Below are positions 19,697 to 27,824 of a stretch of DNA of 32,000 bases, one piece after another (positions within the stretch are counted from its first letter, which is position 1; each line of letters begins with the position of its first letter). The DNA comes from Candidatus Acidulodesulfobacterium ferriphilum. Lineage in GTDB: Bacteria > SZUA-79 > Acidulodesulfobacterales > Acidulodesulfobacteraceae. The position numbers were made by a program, and so were the translations under genes. The notes under the pieces were generated by a model. That model was not told the DNA's origin. It saw nothing but the letters and a program-made list of their open reading frames with translations, and made no database searches. Location of the stretch: assembly GCA_004195035.1 (NCBI GenBank), contig SGBD01000001.1, forward strand, positions 384,368 through 416,367, in the 5' to 3' direction.

Positions 19697-20650
19697 TCAA
19701 AAAAGCAAATGTTCATCACAGTCTGAAGAATATGCACATAAATCGGATAGACACCATGGTTTTGTCATGTTTCTCCATAATTTTTTGCTATTATTAAAAA
19801 TCTTTAAGAGTGAGCCCTTTCCATTCCATTCTGAAAGGCTATATCTTGCAATATCGCAAGGGAACACTTCTTTATTGGGGGATAAAACTAACGTAGTGAA
19901 ACCGGCAAGGCAATCAATATGTGAATCTCTTGCTTGAAAATTTGTAATTGTTGGGTTTTTATCATTAAAATTTGAAACAGCTATAGATTTAGATATTGCA
20001 ATATCTTTTATTTGCGGAATGATTTCAGCGGAAAATATATCTCTTTCGATAGCACTCAGTTCTATTTCTGGATGACCCATAACATTCATTAAATGAAATC
20101 GGCTGGTAAATTTACTAAAAAAATCTATAGCCTCAGAAATGTCTAAAAAATTATATTTATTTATAACTATTCCTATAGAAGGGGATAATTCTTTATTGCC
20201 AGCTTCTTCAACTAAATTCATAAAACCTCTATAAGTTTCATTATATAATTGTCTGGTTTTATTATGGATATCCGGCGTATGACCGTCAAAACTGATTTGA
20301 ATAAAAGGTATTATTTCAAGTTCAAATAACGATTTTGCAATTTCTTTGCCGATAAATGTGCCATTTGAAACTATTGATATTCCAAGTTTAGCTGATTTGA
20401 TTATTTCAATAAATTTCAATATATCTTTATGAATAAACGGTTCTCCGCCGCTTAAATTTATATCAAATATTCCAATCTCGTTGGCTTCCTCGACAATTAA
20501 CGAGAAATCTTCAAGGCTAATATCGCAATTTTCTCTTTTATTATAGCCAAATCTATCATAACAGTACTTACAATTTAAATTGCACCTATCGGTTATTTCA
20601 ATAACCAAAAGCAACGGAGATCGCAAATCTAAATTATTTTGTTTGTTCAT
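19697..20650 (-). CDS. Radical SAM enzyme with SPASM-like C-terminal cysteine cluster (putative peptide maturase)
   Basis: Preferred start ATG at 20650 (MNKQNNLDLRSPLLLVIEITDRCNLNCKYCYDRFGY). Motifs are CX3CX2C, 'NLSGGEPFIHKD', 'CLAGFTTLVLSPNKEVFPCD' and 'WCLSDLCAYSSDCDEH'. The track ORF extends to 20764, but that extension lies inside the adjacent small gene. Confidence 0.88.
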   Translation of the reverse strand: MNKQNNLDLRSPLLLVIEITDRCNLNCKYCYDRFGYNKRENCDISLEDFSLIVEEANEIGIFDINLSGGEPFIHKDILKFIEIIKSAKLGISIVSNGTFIGKEIAKSLFELEIIPFIQISFDGHTPDIHNKTRQLYNETYRGFMNLVEEAGNKELSPSIGIVINKYNFLDISEAIDFFSKFTSRFHLMNVMGHPEIELSAIERDIFSAEIIPQIKDIAISKSIAVSNFNDKNPTITNFQARDSHIDCLAGFTTLVLSPNKEVFPCDIARYSLSEWNGKGSLLKIFNNSKKLWRNMTKPWCLSDLCAYSSDCDEHLLF

Positions 20651-20873
20651 GACTGATAAACTCGTTAAAAGCTTCTTCGTCCATTTTCCATATAATCCCT
20701 TCCTTATCCTGAACAGTATAATTATTTTCTCCCTCTTTTCTCCATCTATATTGACTTGAAACATAAGGGGATATTCTGCTGCCCCATTGATAATTCCAGT
20801 GCCCGCTCCATTTTTGTATTGAAGATTTTGGCTCCATGGTGTAAATGGAATCTAAAAAAACTTCTTTTTTCAT
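20634..20873 (-). CDS. 79-aa Trp/Tyr-rich small protein: candidate RiPP precursor or divergent recognition partner of the radical SAM enzyme
   Basis: MKKEVFLDSIYTMEPKSSIQKWSGHWNYQWGSRISPYVSSQYRWRKEGENNYTVQDKEGIIWKMDEEAFNEFISHEQTK. RBS GGGAG 7 nt before ATG. The 3' end overlaps the radical SAM start by 17 nt, suggesting translational coupling. Confidence 0.65.
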   Translation of the reverse strand: MKKEVFLDSIYTMEPKSSIQKWSGHWNYQWGSRISPYVSSQYRWRKEGENNYTVQDKEGIIWKMDEEAFNEFISHEQTK

Positions 20874-21072
20874 ATTGAATCTCCCATATTAAACTGAATT
20901 AAAATTTTACACAGCATAAAAAGCTCGCACCATCAAGGCTTTATATAATAATATATAATCTAATTATAAAATATTCAAGTTAAGTTAAATTTTATTTAAT
21001 TTGGCAATATATAAATTCATAATACTTGTGAGTTTAAATTTAATACGGTATATAAAAATTTAAATATATTGC

Positions 21073-23367
21073 TCAATATTTCTTTTCAAGGAGAGATGGT
21101 TCACCAAGAATTACCTTATTAACATTTTCCTCATTTGATTTAATTTCATATTTTGCAATTATAGCATCTATTATTAAACCCAATCCCAATCCTATAATTA
21201 TTCCAAAAAATGATTTAAATTCAGGGATTAAATTAAGCAAATCAATAAAAATACCAATTATCAAAAAAGCAATTCCAAGCAACATCATTAAAGATTCAAT
21301 AAAAGATATATTTGATATTATATTTTCTATAATTACATTTGAATATAAAATTGGATGACGAAGATTACACAAATGTGCGCGTATTATTTTACAATAGGAA
21401 AGATAATTATAAGCCTTAATTCTATAGTTAAAAGCCTCGGCTGTAATGTTTTTATCCATATTTTTTTTAGGTCTTGCATTTACAACTTTTGTGAAATCAT
21501 TGATAGACTCTTTATATAGCTCCAACTCATAATTTGCCAATCCCCTAAGCCTGTAAGCTTCAGTATTTTTATCATTTATTCTAATAGCTTCGGTAAAAAA
21601 ATTGATAGCTTCAGGGTAGCTTTCCAAATTAAGGTAGGCTCTCCCTTTGTCAATATAAATCTCGTCATAATAATCGTATTTTTGATAATCATCCTGATTT
21701 ATTTCTATTTTTATGGCTTCTTCCCAATCATTCTTAGCTTTTTGGATGTTATCGTAGTTAGCCAATGCTCTGTAATTATAGGCCTTTATAGATTTTGGAT
21801 CTATTTTAATTGTGTTTGTAAAATCTTCGATAGCCTCTTTGTATTTTCTTAAAAAAAGGTAAGATCTTCCTCTAAGGAAGTAAGCATTATCACATTCTTG
21901 AAATAATTTTATAGCTTTTGTGCAATCCTTAATGGTTGCACTATAATCATTTAAATTAAAATGATTTATTCCTCTGTCGGCATAAGCATAGCTTAATTCT
22001 TTTGCATCTTTTTCTTTTGTTATTACTATTTTGAGATCTTTAATAGCTTTTTGATATTTACCCATTCTAAAATAAACAGAGGCTCTAAATGAGTAAAACT
22101 CATTATTATTTGAATTTGTTTTTATTGCTTTTGTGTGGTCATGTACGGCTTTTCGATATTTGCGTAAATTATAATAGGTCGTTCCTCTATTTTTATAGTA
22201 CTCAGCATTCTTAGAATTAATTCTTATTGCTTCAGAAAAATCACTTATAGCCTCTTTGTTTTTTTCGCCTGAATCAAGATATGATAACCCCCTATTATTA
22301 AAGAATTCAGCATTTTTATTGTCTAGTTCTATAGCCTTTGTAAAATCGGAGATAGCCTTGTTATAATTGTCGGGATTATCGGGACCTAAAGAAGCAAAAG
22401 CTGCGCCACGATAATTATAAGCATCTGCAAACTCTTTTTTAATCTCTATAGCCTCTGTAAAATCGTCAATGGCTTTATTAATAATATTTCCATATTCTTC
22501 ATTATTTTTTAAATTGCGCAAATAAAAATAAGCTAATCCCCTGTTATTGTAAGCTTCTGCATTTTTGTCATCTAATTTTATAGCCTCTGTAAAATCGTCA
22601 ATAGCATTATTTATAGTATCTTCATATTTTCTATCATTACCTTTTTGTTGTTCGCTATAATCAAAATATGTTAGTCCCCTGTTATTGTAGGTTTTGGAAT
22701 TTCTATCATTTAATTTTATAGCTTCTGTGAAATCGTCGAAAGCCTTCTGAAATTTTTTTAAATCTCGAAAAGTTGAACCTCTATTATTATACGCATCAGT
22801 ATATTCTTTATTTATTTCTATGGCTTTTGTAAAGTCGTCAATGGCTTTATCATATTCTTTTAAAGAGCCATAGGACATTCCTCTAAAATTATAAACCTCT
22901 GCGTCATCATGTTTTGATTCTAAATCTAATTTTATAACTTCTGTGAAATCGCTAATGGCCTCCTCATATTTTTTTAGTTCGTAATAAATTCGTCCTCTTC
23001 GCATATAAGCACATCTTGGATAATTAGGAAACTCTCCTGTATTAGTCAATTTTAGTTCAATTATATAATCTTTAATGGTTTTAATATATTTTTCTTTTAA
23101 GAAAGGATAATAACGGCTTTTTATTTGAAAATTAATATTAATATAATCAGGGTTAAGTTCTGTAGCTTTTATGTAATCATTGATAGCTTTATGGTAATGC
23201 CCTAAAGCAGCAAAAGTCATACCTCTAAAATTGTATGCTTCCGCATTTTTATCGTTTATTCTTAAAACTTTCGAAAAACTTTCTTTAGCTTTTTTATAAA
23301 ATCTTAAATAAAAAAGAATAATGCCAATATAATAATTTGTTTTTATTATTAATTGCGATTTGTTCAT
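21073..23367 (-). CDS. TPR-array protein (about 17 TPR-like units) with C-terminal transmembrane segments
   Basis: 764 aa of repeats such as 'NAEAYNNRGLAYFYLR..NKAIDDFTEAIEI', then two hydrophobic segments 'FIESLMMLLGIAFLIIGIFIDLL' and 'FFGIIIGLGLGLIIDAIIA' and a charged tail. Confidence 0.9.
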   Translation of the reverse strand: MNKSQLIIKTNYYIGIILFYLRFYKKAKESFSKVLRINDKNAEAYNFRGMTFAALGHYHKAINDYIKATELNPDYININFQIKSRYYPFLKEKYIKTIKDYIIELKLTNTGEFPNYPRCAYMRRGRIYYELKKYEEAISDFTEVIKLDLESKHDDAEVYNFRGMSYGSLKEYDKAIDDFTKAIEINKEYTDAYNNRGSTFRDLKKFQKAFDDFTEAIKLNDRNSKTYNNRGLTYFDYSEQQKGNDRKYEDTINNAIDDFTEAIKLDDKNAEAYNNRGLAYFYLRNLKNNEEYGNIINKAIDDFTEAIEIKKEFADAYNYRGAAFASLGPDNPDNYNKAISDFTKAIELDNKNAEFFNNRGLSYLDSGEKNKEAISDFSEAIRINSKNAEYYKNRGTTYYNLRKYRKAVHDHTKAIKTNSNNNEFYSFRASVYFRMGKYQKAIKDLKIVITKEKDAKELSYAYADRGINHFNLNDYSATIKDCTKAIKLFQECDNAYFLRGRSYLFLRKYKEAIEDFTNTIKIDPKSIKAYNYRALANYDNIQKAKNDWEEAIKIEINQDDYQKYDYYDEIYIDKGRAYLNLESYPEAINFFTEAIRINDKNTEAYRLRGLANYELELYKESINDFTKVVNARPKKNMDKNITAEAFNYRIKAYNYLSYCKIIRAHLCNLRHPILYSNVIIENIISNISFIESLMMLLGIAFLIIGIFIDLLNLIPEFKSFFGIIIGLGLGLIIDAIIAKYEIKSNEENVNKVILGEPSLLEKKY

Positions 23368-23439
23368 ATCCTAAAATCCAATAAATACATATTATTTAAA
23401 TTCCATACTGGCATATTTTTTGTTTTGTATAACAAAAAT

Positions 23440-24234
23440 CTATATAATCACGTTAGCTTTTCCATAAAGCAAAGGAAGCGCGTTCTGCCTCATCCTAAAT
23501 TTCGTTCCATGATTGTGTCCGGTGCGGGCATCGAAATCTACCAATATTTTTCCGTCTTCGATTGCTTTTAAAAAGCCCGCGAAATTAAACTTCTGCAACA
23601 TCATAACTTTTGAATATTTATAAAACTCTTTAGCTTTCTCCTTTTTAACTTCCGCCTGAACATAAAAACAATTTAAAAGTTTTGTTCCCGCTTTATGTTC
23701 TAAATCATCAAAACCCCAATATGGTTGCGGATCTAATTCCCCAAGCCCTATATTCTCCTTAACCGTCTTAAGCCAATCGGCATGCCTTATATCAACGGCT
23801 TTGGCATCGAAGGAAATTAAAACCTTTCTTTCCTTCCTGTCTATAACGACCATGAAGCCCCTATCGCTCCTTGATAATCCATGGATAGTCTGCCTGAAAC
23901 TCATTTCGTTTTCAGGATAATGTTTGCCTGCCTCTTTATGCGGCCAGCCGTATCTTTGCAAAAAGACTTGCGGTACGAAACGAATAGCTCTTGGGGAAGG
24001 CTCCGTATGGAATAAGGTGGTAAGAGACGTGGAGTTAATGCGTTGCGATTTAAGTTCCCACTCGGCTGCATTTGGAATCGGTAAATTATTCTCTTTAATA
24101 CCAAGCAAGTCTTCCAAGGTATTCCCGATTCCGCCGTGGTTTCCTTTGCGGGCGTTTGGAATCCAGCCTATTGCATAAATTTCTTTTAATTTATCTATTA
24201 AAGTTTGTTTTGTATATATTACAGGTTTTTTCAT
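23440..24234 (-). CDS. Type II restriction endonuclease, MvaI/BcnI family
   Basis: 'RKGNHGGIGNTLEDLLGIKENNLPIPNAAEWELKSQR..STSLTTLFHTEPSPRA..FVPQVFLQRYGW', '..YKYSKVMMLQKFNFAGFLKAIEDGKILVDFDARTG..HNHGTKFRM'. Recalled MvaI shows the same order: RKGN-GIGKTFEDLL-EIKT-LTLF-RYG-HDHGTAFR. Confidence 0.87.
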   Translation of the reverse strand: MKKPVIYTKQTLIDKLKEIYAIGWIPNARKGNHGGIGNTLEDLLGIKENNLPIPNAAEWELKSQRINSTSLTTLFHTEPSPRAIRFVPQVFLQRYGWPHKEAGKHYPENEMSFRQTIHGLSRSDRGFMVVIDRKERKVLISFDAKAVDIRHADWLKTVKENIGLGELDPQPYWGFDDLEHKAGTKLLNCFYVQAEVKKEKAKEFYKYSKVMMLQKFNFAGFLKAIEDGKILVDFDARTGHNHGTKFRMRQNALPLLYGKANVII

Positions 24235-25007
24235 ACCATAGAAAAGAGCTTGCCTTGGGATAAATGTTTTTTAATCCGTTCTTCCGCCATGCCGCAATAT
24301 TCAGGGGATATTTCAATTCCTATATAATCCCTGTTAAAATTAATCGCTGAAATAGCGGTCGTTCCGGAACCCATAAACGGGTCTAAAACAATTTTGGCAT
24401 CGGTCGAGGATATAATCCTGTCAATAAGACTGATGGGAAATGCGGCGGGGTGGTCGTTTTTCATCTCTTGCGTAAATTCCCACACATCGCCGTATCTATT
24501 GGCTTTTTCTATAAGTTTGAATTTTGGTTTTGCAATAAGGTAGATAACTTCGTAGGTAGGTAAAAAATAGCCGGGGTTAAAATTCAGCCCCCCTTTTCTT
24601 TTCCATATAATAATTTGTCTTACGGGAAAACCCGAAACTATGTCCTGCCTATCCTGCAGGATTCCGGCTTGAACGCGCCATTTATGGTTGTAGAAAATAG
24701 CCCCCGAATCTGGAATTATCCTGAACATTTCTTTAAGGCAATCCCTTTGCCATTTTACATATTTATCATGAGGCATACAATCATTGTGGTGGGAATAGCC
24801 TTTCTGAAGGGCGGCATTTGCCCATTTCCCGCCGCGGCCGTCTTTCATGCCGTTTCCGGTAGAATTTTTTAAATTATACGGCGGCGAGGTAATAACTAAA
24901 TCAACGGAACCGCCGGGGATTTGCTTCATAATATTTACGGCATCTCCGCAAACTATTTGATTTGTAAAGTCTTCAGGAAAACGAAGTTCAGCAGAACTTA
25001 ATTTCAT
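24231..25007 (-). CDS. Type II DNA methyltransferase (TSPPY class, probably N4-cytosine)
   Basis: 'SVDLVITSPPYNLKNS' (motif IV) precedes 'IVLDPFMGSGTTAISAINFNRDYIGIEISPEYCGMAEERI' (motifs I/II). ATGA overlap with the MvaI/BcnI-type endonuclease. Confidence 0.92.
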   Translation of the reverse strand: MKLSSAELRFPEDFTNQIVCGDAVNIMKQIPGGSVDLVITSPPYNLKNSTGNGMKDGRGGKWANAALQKGYSHHNDCMPHDKYVKWQRDCLKEMFRIIPDSGAIFYNHKWRVQAGILQDRQDIVSGFPVRQIIIWKRKGGLNFNPGYFLPTYEVIYLIAKPKFKLIEKANRYGDVWEFTQEMKNDHPAAFPISLIDRIISSTDAKIVLDPFMGSGTTAISAINFNRDYIGIEISPEYCGMAEERIKKHLSQGKLFSMV

Positions 25008-25082
25008 AACTTTAATAGTTTTATCGCCTATTTATTGTTTTTATATTATTATAAGCATCGCCGGTTTTTATTTTATAAATTT

Positions 25083-25112
25083 ATCATAATACTTCTTATA
25101 ATGACCGGTCAA
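25083..25112 (-). promoter_or_regulatory. Candidate sigma70-like promoter for the R-M operon, with a palindrome over the -35 box
   Basis: Minus-strand TTGACC (25112-25107), 18-nt spacer, TATGAT (25088-25083). The 10-bp palindrome TGACCGGTCA occupies 25102-25111. Methyltransferase ATG at 25007. Confidence 0.4.
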
Positions 25113-25192
25113 GAAAATTCATCACCTTGCATTTATTTTATAAACCTTAGCGCTTTTTTATTTTACCCTATATTTTTTAGTTTTCTAATACT

Positions 25193-26746
25193 TTAATATT
25201 TTCTCATTAAAACATCCCGCATAACACGCAGCGAATCGTTTTTGAATATAAATGAAGCAAAAAGGTAAGATGCTATTCCTATGACGAGAGAAACGACTAC
25301 AATCATTAAAGAACGATAGTTTAACCTGTTTAAAATAATTATTATAAGCTCGACAAAAACTCCCATAACGATGCTTGCCGCTATTGTCCTTATGAAGGAC
25401 TTAAAAAAACCGCTTCCCAGTCCTATCCTTTTTTTTGAATAAAGCCTTCTCAAAAGGAATAAGTAATTAAAAATCAAAGAAATGCTCGAGGCCAAAGCCA
25501 ATCCGTCAACCCCCATTATTTGCATAAGTATTACGGCAAGGATTATGTTAATTATCAAAGAATATACGGCTGCGTTAACGGGGGTCTTAGTATCCTTCAT
25601 CGAATAAAAAACCGGAACCACGGTCTTTAGCAATGCCGATGCCCATAGACCTATAATAAAAAAAAGGAGGACGGATGCCGTTTTTTGCGCATCTATCAAA
25701 TTAAAAATCCCATGCATATAGATTAATCTTACAAGATGATTTCTTAATAAGATTAACCCTATACTTGAAGGTATTATTATGAAAAACATAAGGGATGCGG
25801 AGAAGTTAAACGCATTATCCACCTCTTTTATATCGCCCCTTGCAAAAGAAGCGGAAAGCGCCGGAAAAATTGCCGTTTGCATGGCTATGGCAAATACCCC
25901 GAGCGGAAATTGGTAGAGCCTGTCCCCGTAGTAAAGATATGATATGCTCCCGGACGGCAAAAACGATGCAAGAAGGGTATCGAACAGCAGATTAAGCTGT
26001 ATTACAGCCATTCCGAGAAGCGAAGGGGTAAGTAATTTAAAAACGGTCTTTACATCGCTATTTTTAAAATTAAATCTAAATCCCAGCTTGATTTTTTTTC
26101 GTTTAATATAGTAAACCTGAGATAAAATCTGCAAAATGCCGCCGATAATAACCCCGATAGCAAGCGCATATATGCCTTCGTGAAAAAACGGCCTTAAAAA
26201 GATAGCGGAAATTATAAATAAAATATTTAATATTATGGGATATATTGCACCCGGGGCATAAGAATTATGGACATTTAAAACCCCCGCAAAAAAAGCGGTA
26301 AGCCCTATTAAAAATATGTAAGGAAACATCATTCTGGTAAGAAATACGGTAAGATGAAGTTCAAAGGGCTTATTTAGAAAACCCGGGGCGGTTATAGCGA
26401 CAAATATAAAAGAAAACAAAACGCCCAGACATGAGAGAAATAAAAGAATAAAAAAAAGAATTGTGAAAACGGTCATCAAGAGGTCAGAGGATTCCTCCGC
26501 CCGCTTTTTAACTAAGCTCTCTGAATAGACAGGGATAAAGGACGCCGAAAGCCCCCCTTCCCCAAAAAGTCTTCTAAAAAGATTCGGTATCCTGAACGCG
26601 ACAAAAAAGGCATCGGTAGCAACGCCGGCGCCAAAAAAATACGCAATACAAATATCCCTTAATAAACCTAAAATTCTGCTTATTAAAGTGAAAAACGAAA
26701 CTACCGATAAATTCCTGACTATCTCATGATTTTTGGATTGCGCCAT
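25193..26746 (-). CDS. murJ: Lipid II flippase MurJ (MviN family)
   Basis: 517 aa, 'NLSVVSFFTLISRILGLLRDICIAYFFGAGVATDAFFVAFRIPNLFRRLFGEGGLSASFIPVY'. Confidence 0.96.
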   Translation of the reverse strand: MAQSKNHEIVRNLSVVSFFTLISRILGLLRDICIAYFFGAGVATDAFFVAFRIPNLFRRLFGEGGLSASFIPVYSESLVKKRAEESSDLLMTVFTILFFILLFLSCLGVLFSFIFVAITAPGFLNKPFELHLTVFLTRMMFPYIFLIGLTAFFAGVLNVHNSYAPGAIYPIILNILFIISAIFLRPFFHEGIYALAIGVIIGGILQILSQVYYIKRKKIKLGFRFNFKNSDVKTVFKLLTPSLLGMAVIQLNLLFDTLLASFLPSGSISYLYYGDRLYQFPLGVFAIAMQTAIFPALSASFARGDIKEVDNAFNFSASLMFFIIIPSSIGLILLRNHLVRLIYMHGIFNLIDAQKTASVLLFFIIGLWASALLKTVVPVFYSMKDTKTPVNAAVYSLIINIILAVILMQIMGVDGLALASSISLIFNYLFLLRRLYSKKRIGLGSGFFKSFIRTIAASIVMGVFVELIIIILNRLNYRSLMIVVVSLVIGIASYLFASFIFKNDSLRVMRDVLMRKY

Positions 26747-26755
26747 TAAATTTAA

Positions 26756-27799
26756 TCACAAATACTTTTGTATAAGTATTTCTGCTATCTGAATAGCGTT
26801 TAAGGCGGCCCCTTTTCTGACATTATCCGCAACAACCCATAAATTTAAGCCGTTCGGTATGGAAAAATCTCTCCTGATTCTTCCGACAAAAACATCGTCC
26901 AGCCCTGCAACATGCGTCTGGTAAGGGTATCTTTCGTCAGGGTCGTCGCTGAATATATTATCCACAATCTTTATACCCTTTGTTTCGGACAACATAGCCT
27001 TAATATCTTTAATATCGAAAGGTTTCTCGGTTTCGATATTAATCGATTCGCCGTGACAGAAGAATACGGGTACGCGGACGGTCGTCGCCGTTATGCCGAT
27101 CCCCTTGTCATGCATTATTTTATGCGTTTCTTTTACCATCTTAATTTCTTCTTTGGTATAACCGTCTTCACTAAAAACATCTATTTGAGGTATGCAATTA
27201 AATGCGATTTGAACGGGAAACTTCTCTGGAAATATATCGCCTTTTGCGTTTATAATCCCTGTGGTTTGGTAAAAAAGCTCATCCATTGCTTTTTTCCCTG
27301 CCCCCGAGGTTGATTGATAAGTTGAAACGACAACCCTTTTTATCTTATATTTATCGTGAATCGGTTTCAGCGGAACAACCATTTGAATAGTGGAGCAATT
27401 GGGATTTGCTATTATATTCTTTTTGCCGTAATGCCGTATATCGTCGGGATTAACCTCTGGAACAACTAAAGGAATATCGTCGTCCATTCTAAAATATGAA
27501 GTGTTATCGATTACGATAGCGCCTTCTTTTGCGGCAAGCGGAGAATATTTTGAACTGGCAGATGCTCCAGGACTTGACAGAACAATATCTATTTTCTTTT
27601 TTTTAAAAGAATCTTCATTTAATGCTTCGACGATATAATCCTCGCCTTTAAACTTTACGGCCTCTCCCATAGAATTTTCGGAAGCAAACAGGTAAAGTTC
27701 CATAACGGGAAAATTTCTCTGTTCCAATATCTCTAAAAATTCTCTCCCGACCAATCCCGTAGCGCCGACAATGCCGACATTATATTTATCTTTTTTCAT
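26756..27799 (-). CDS. asd: Aspartate-semialdehyde dehydrogenase
   Basis: 'NVGIVGATGLVGREFLEILEQRNFPV', 'IANPNCSTIQMVVPLKPI', 'VVSTYQSTSGAGKKAMDEL'. Confidence 0.96.
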   Translation of the reverse strand: MKKDKYNVGIVGATGLVGREFLEILEQRNFPVMELYLFASENSMGEAVKFKGEDYIVEALNEDSFKKKKIDIVLSSPGASASSKYSPLAAKEGAIVIDNTSYFRMDDDIPLVVPEVNPDDIRHYGKKNIIANPNCSTIQMVVPLKPIHDKYKIKRVVVSTYQSTSGAGKKAMDELFYQTTGIINAKGDIFPEKFPVQIAFNCIPQIDVFSEDGYTKEEIKMVKETHKIMHDKGIGITATTVRVPVFFCHGESINIETEKPFDIKDIKAMLSETKGIKIVDNIFSDDPDERYPYQTHVAGLDDVFVGRIRRDFSIPNGLNLWVVADNVRKGAALNAIQIAEILIQKYL

Positions 27800-27824
27800 A
27801 AAACTCCTTTGTAAGAATCAGGGC

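Noticed and set aside
20651-20764. N-terminal extension of the radical SAM ORF (MFQVNIDGEKREKIIILFRIRKGLYGKWTKKLLTSLSV)
   Set aside because: It lies entirely inside the 79-aa ORF in another frame, has no family similarity, and an ATG giving a normal radical SAM start (MNKQNNLDLRSPLLLVIEITDRCNLNC) exists at 20650.
20880-21072. AT-rich gap upstream of the 79-aa gene examined for an additional precursor peptide or RNA element
   Set aside because: No plausible start/RBS/ORF was seen. Only a weak AAAGC/GCTTT pairing near 20910-20940 was found, too short to call a terminator or structured RNA by eye.
22140-23000. Regular repeated words that could suggest a CRISPR-like or tandem-repeat array
   Set aside because: The periodicity matches in-frame TPR units of about 34 codons (longer where insertions occur) inside one continuous ORF. 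There are no short identical repeats with unique spacers and no cas genes.
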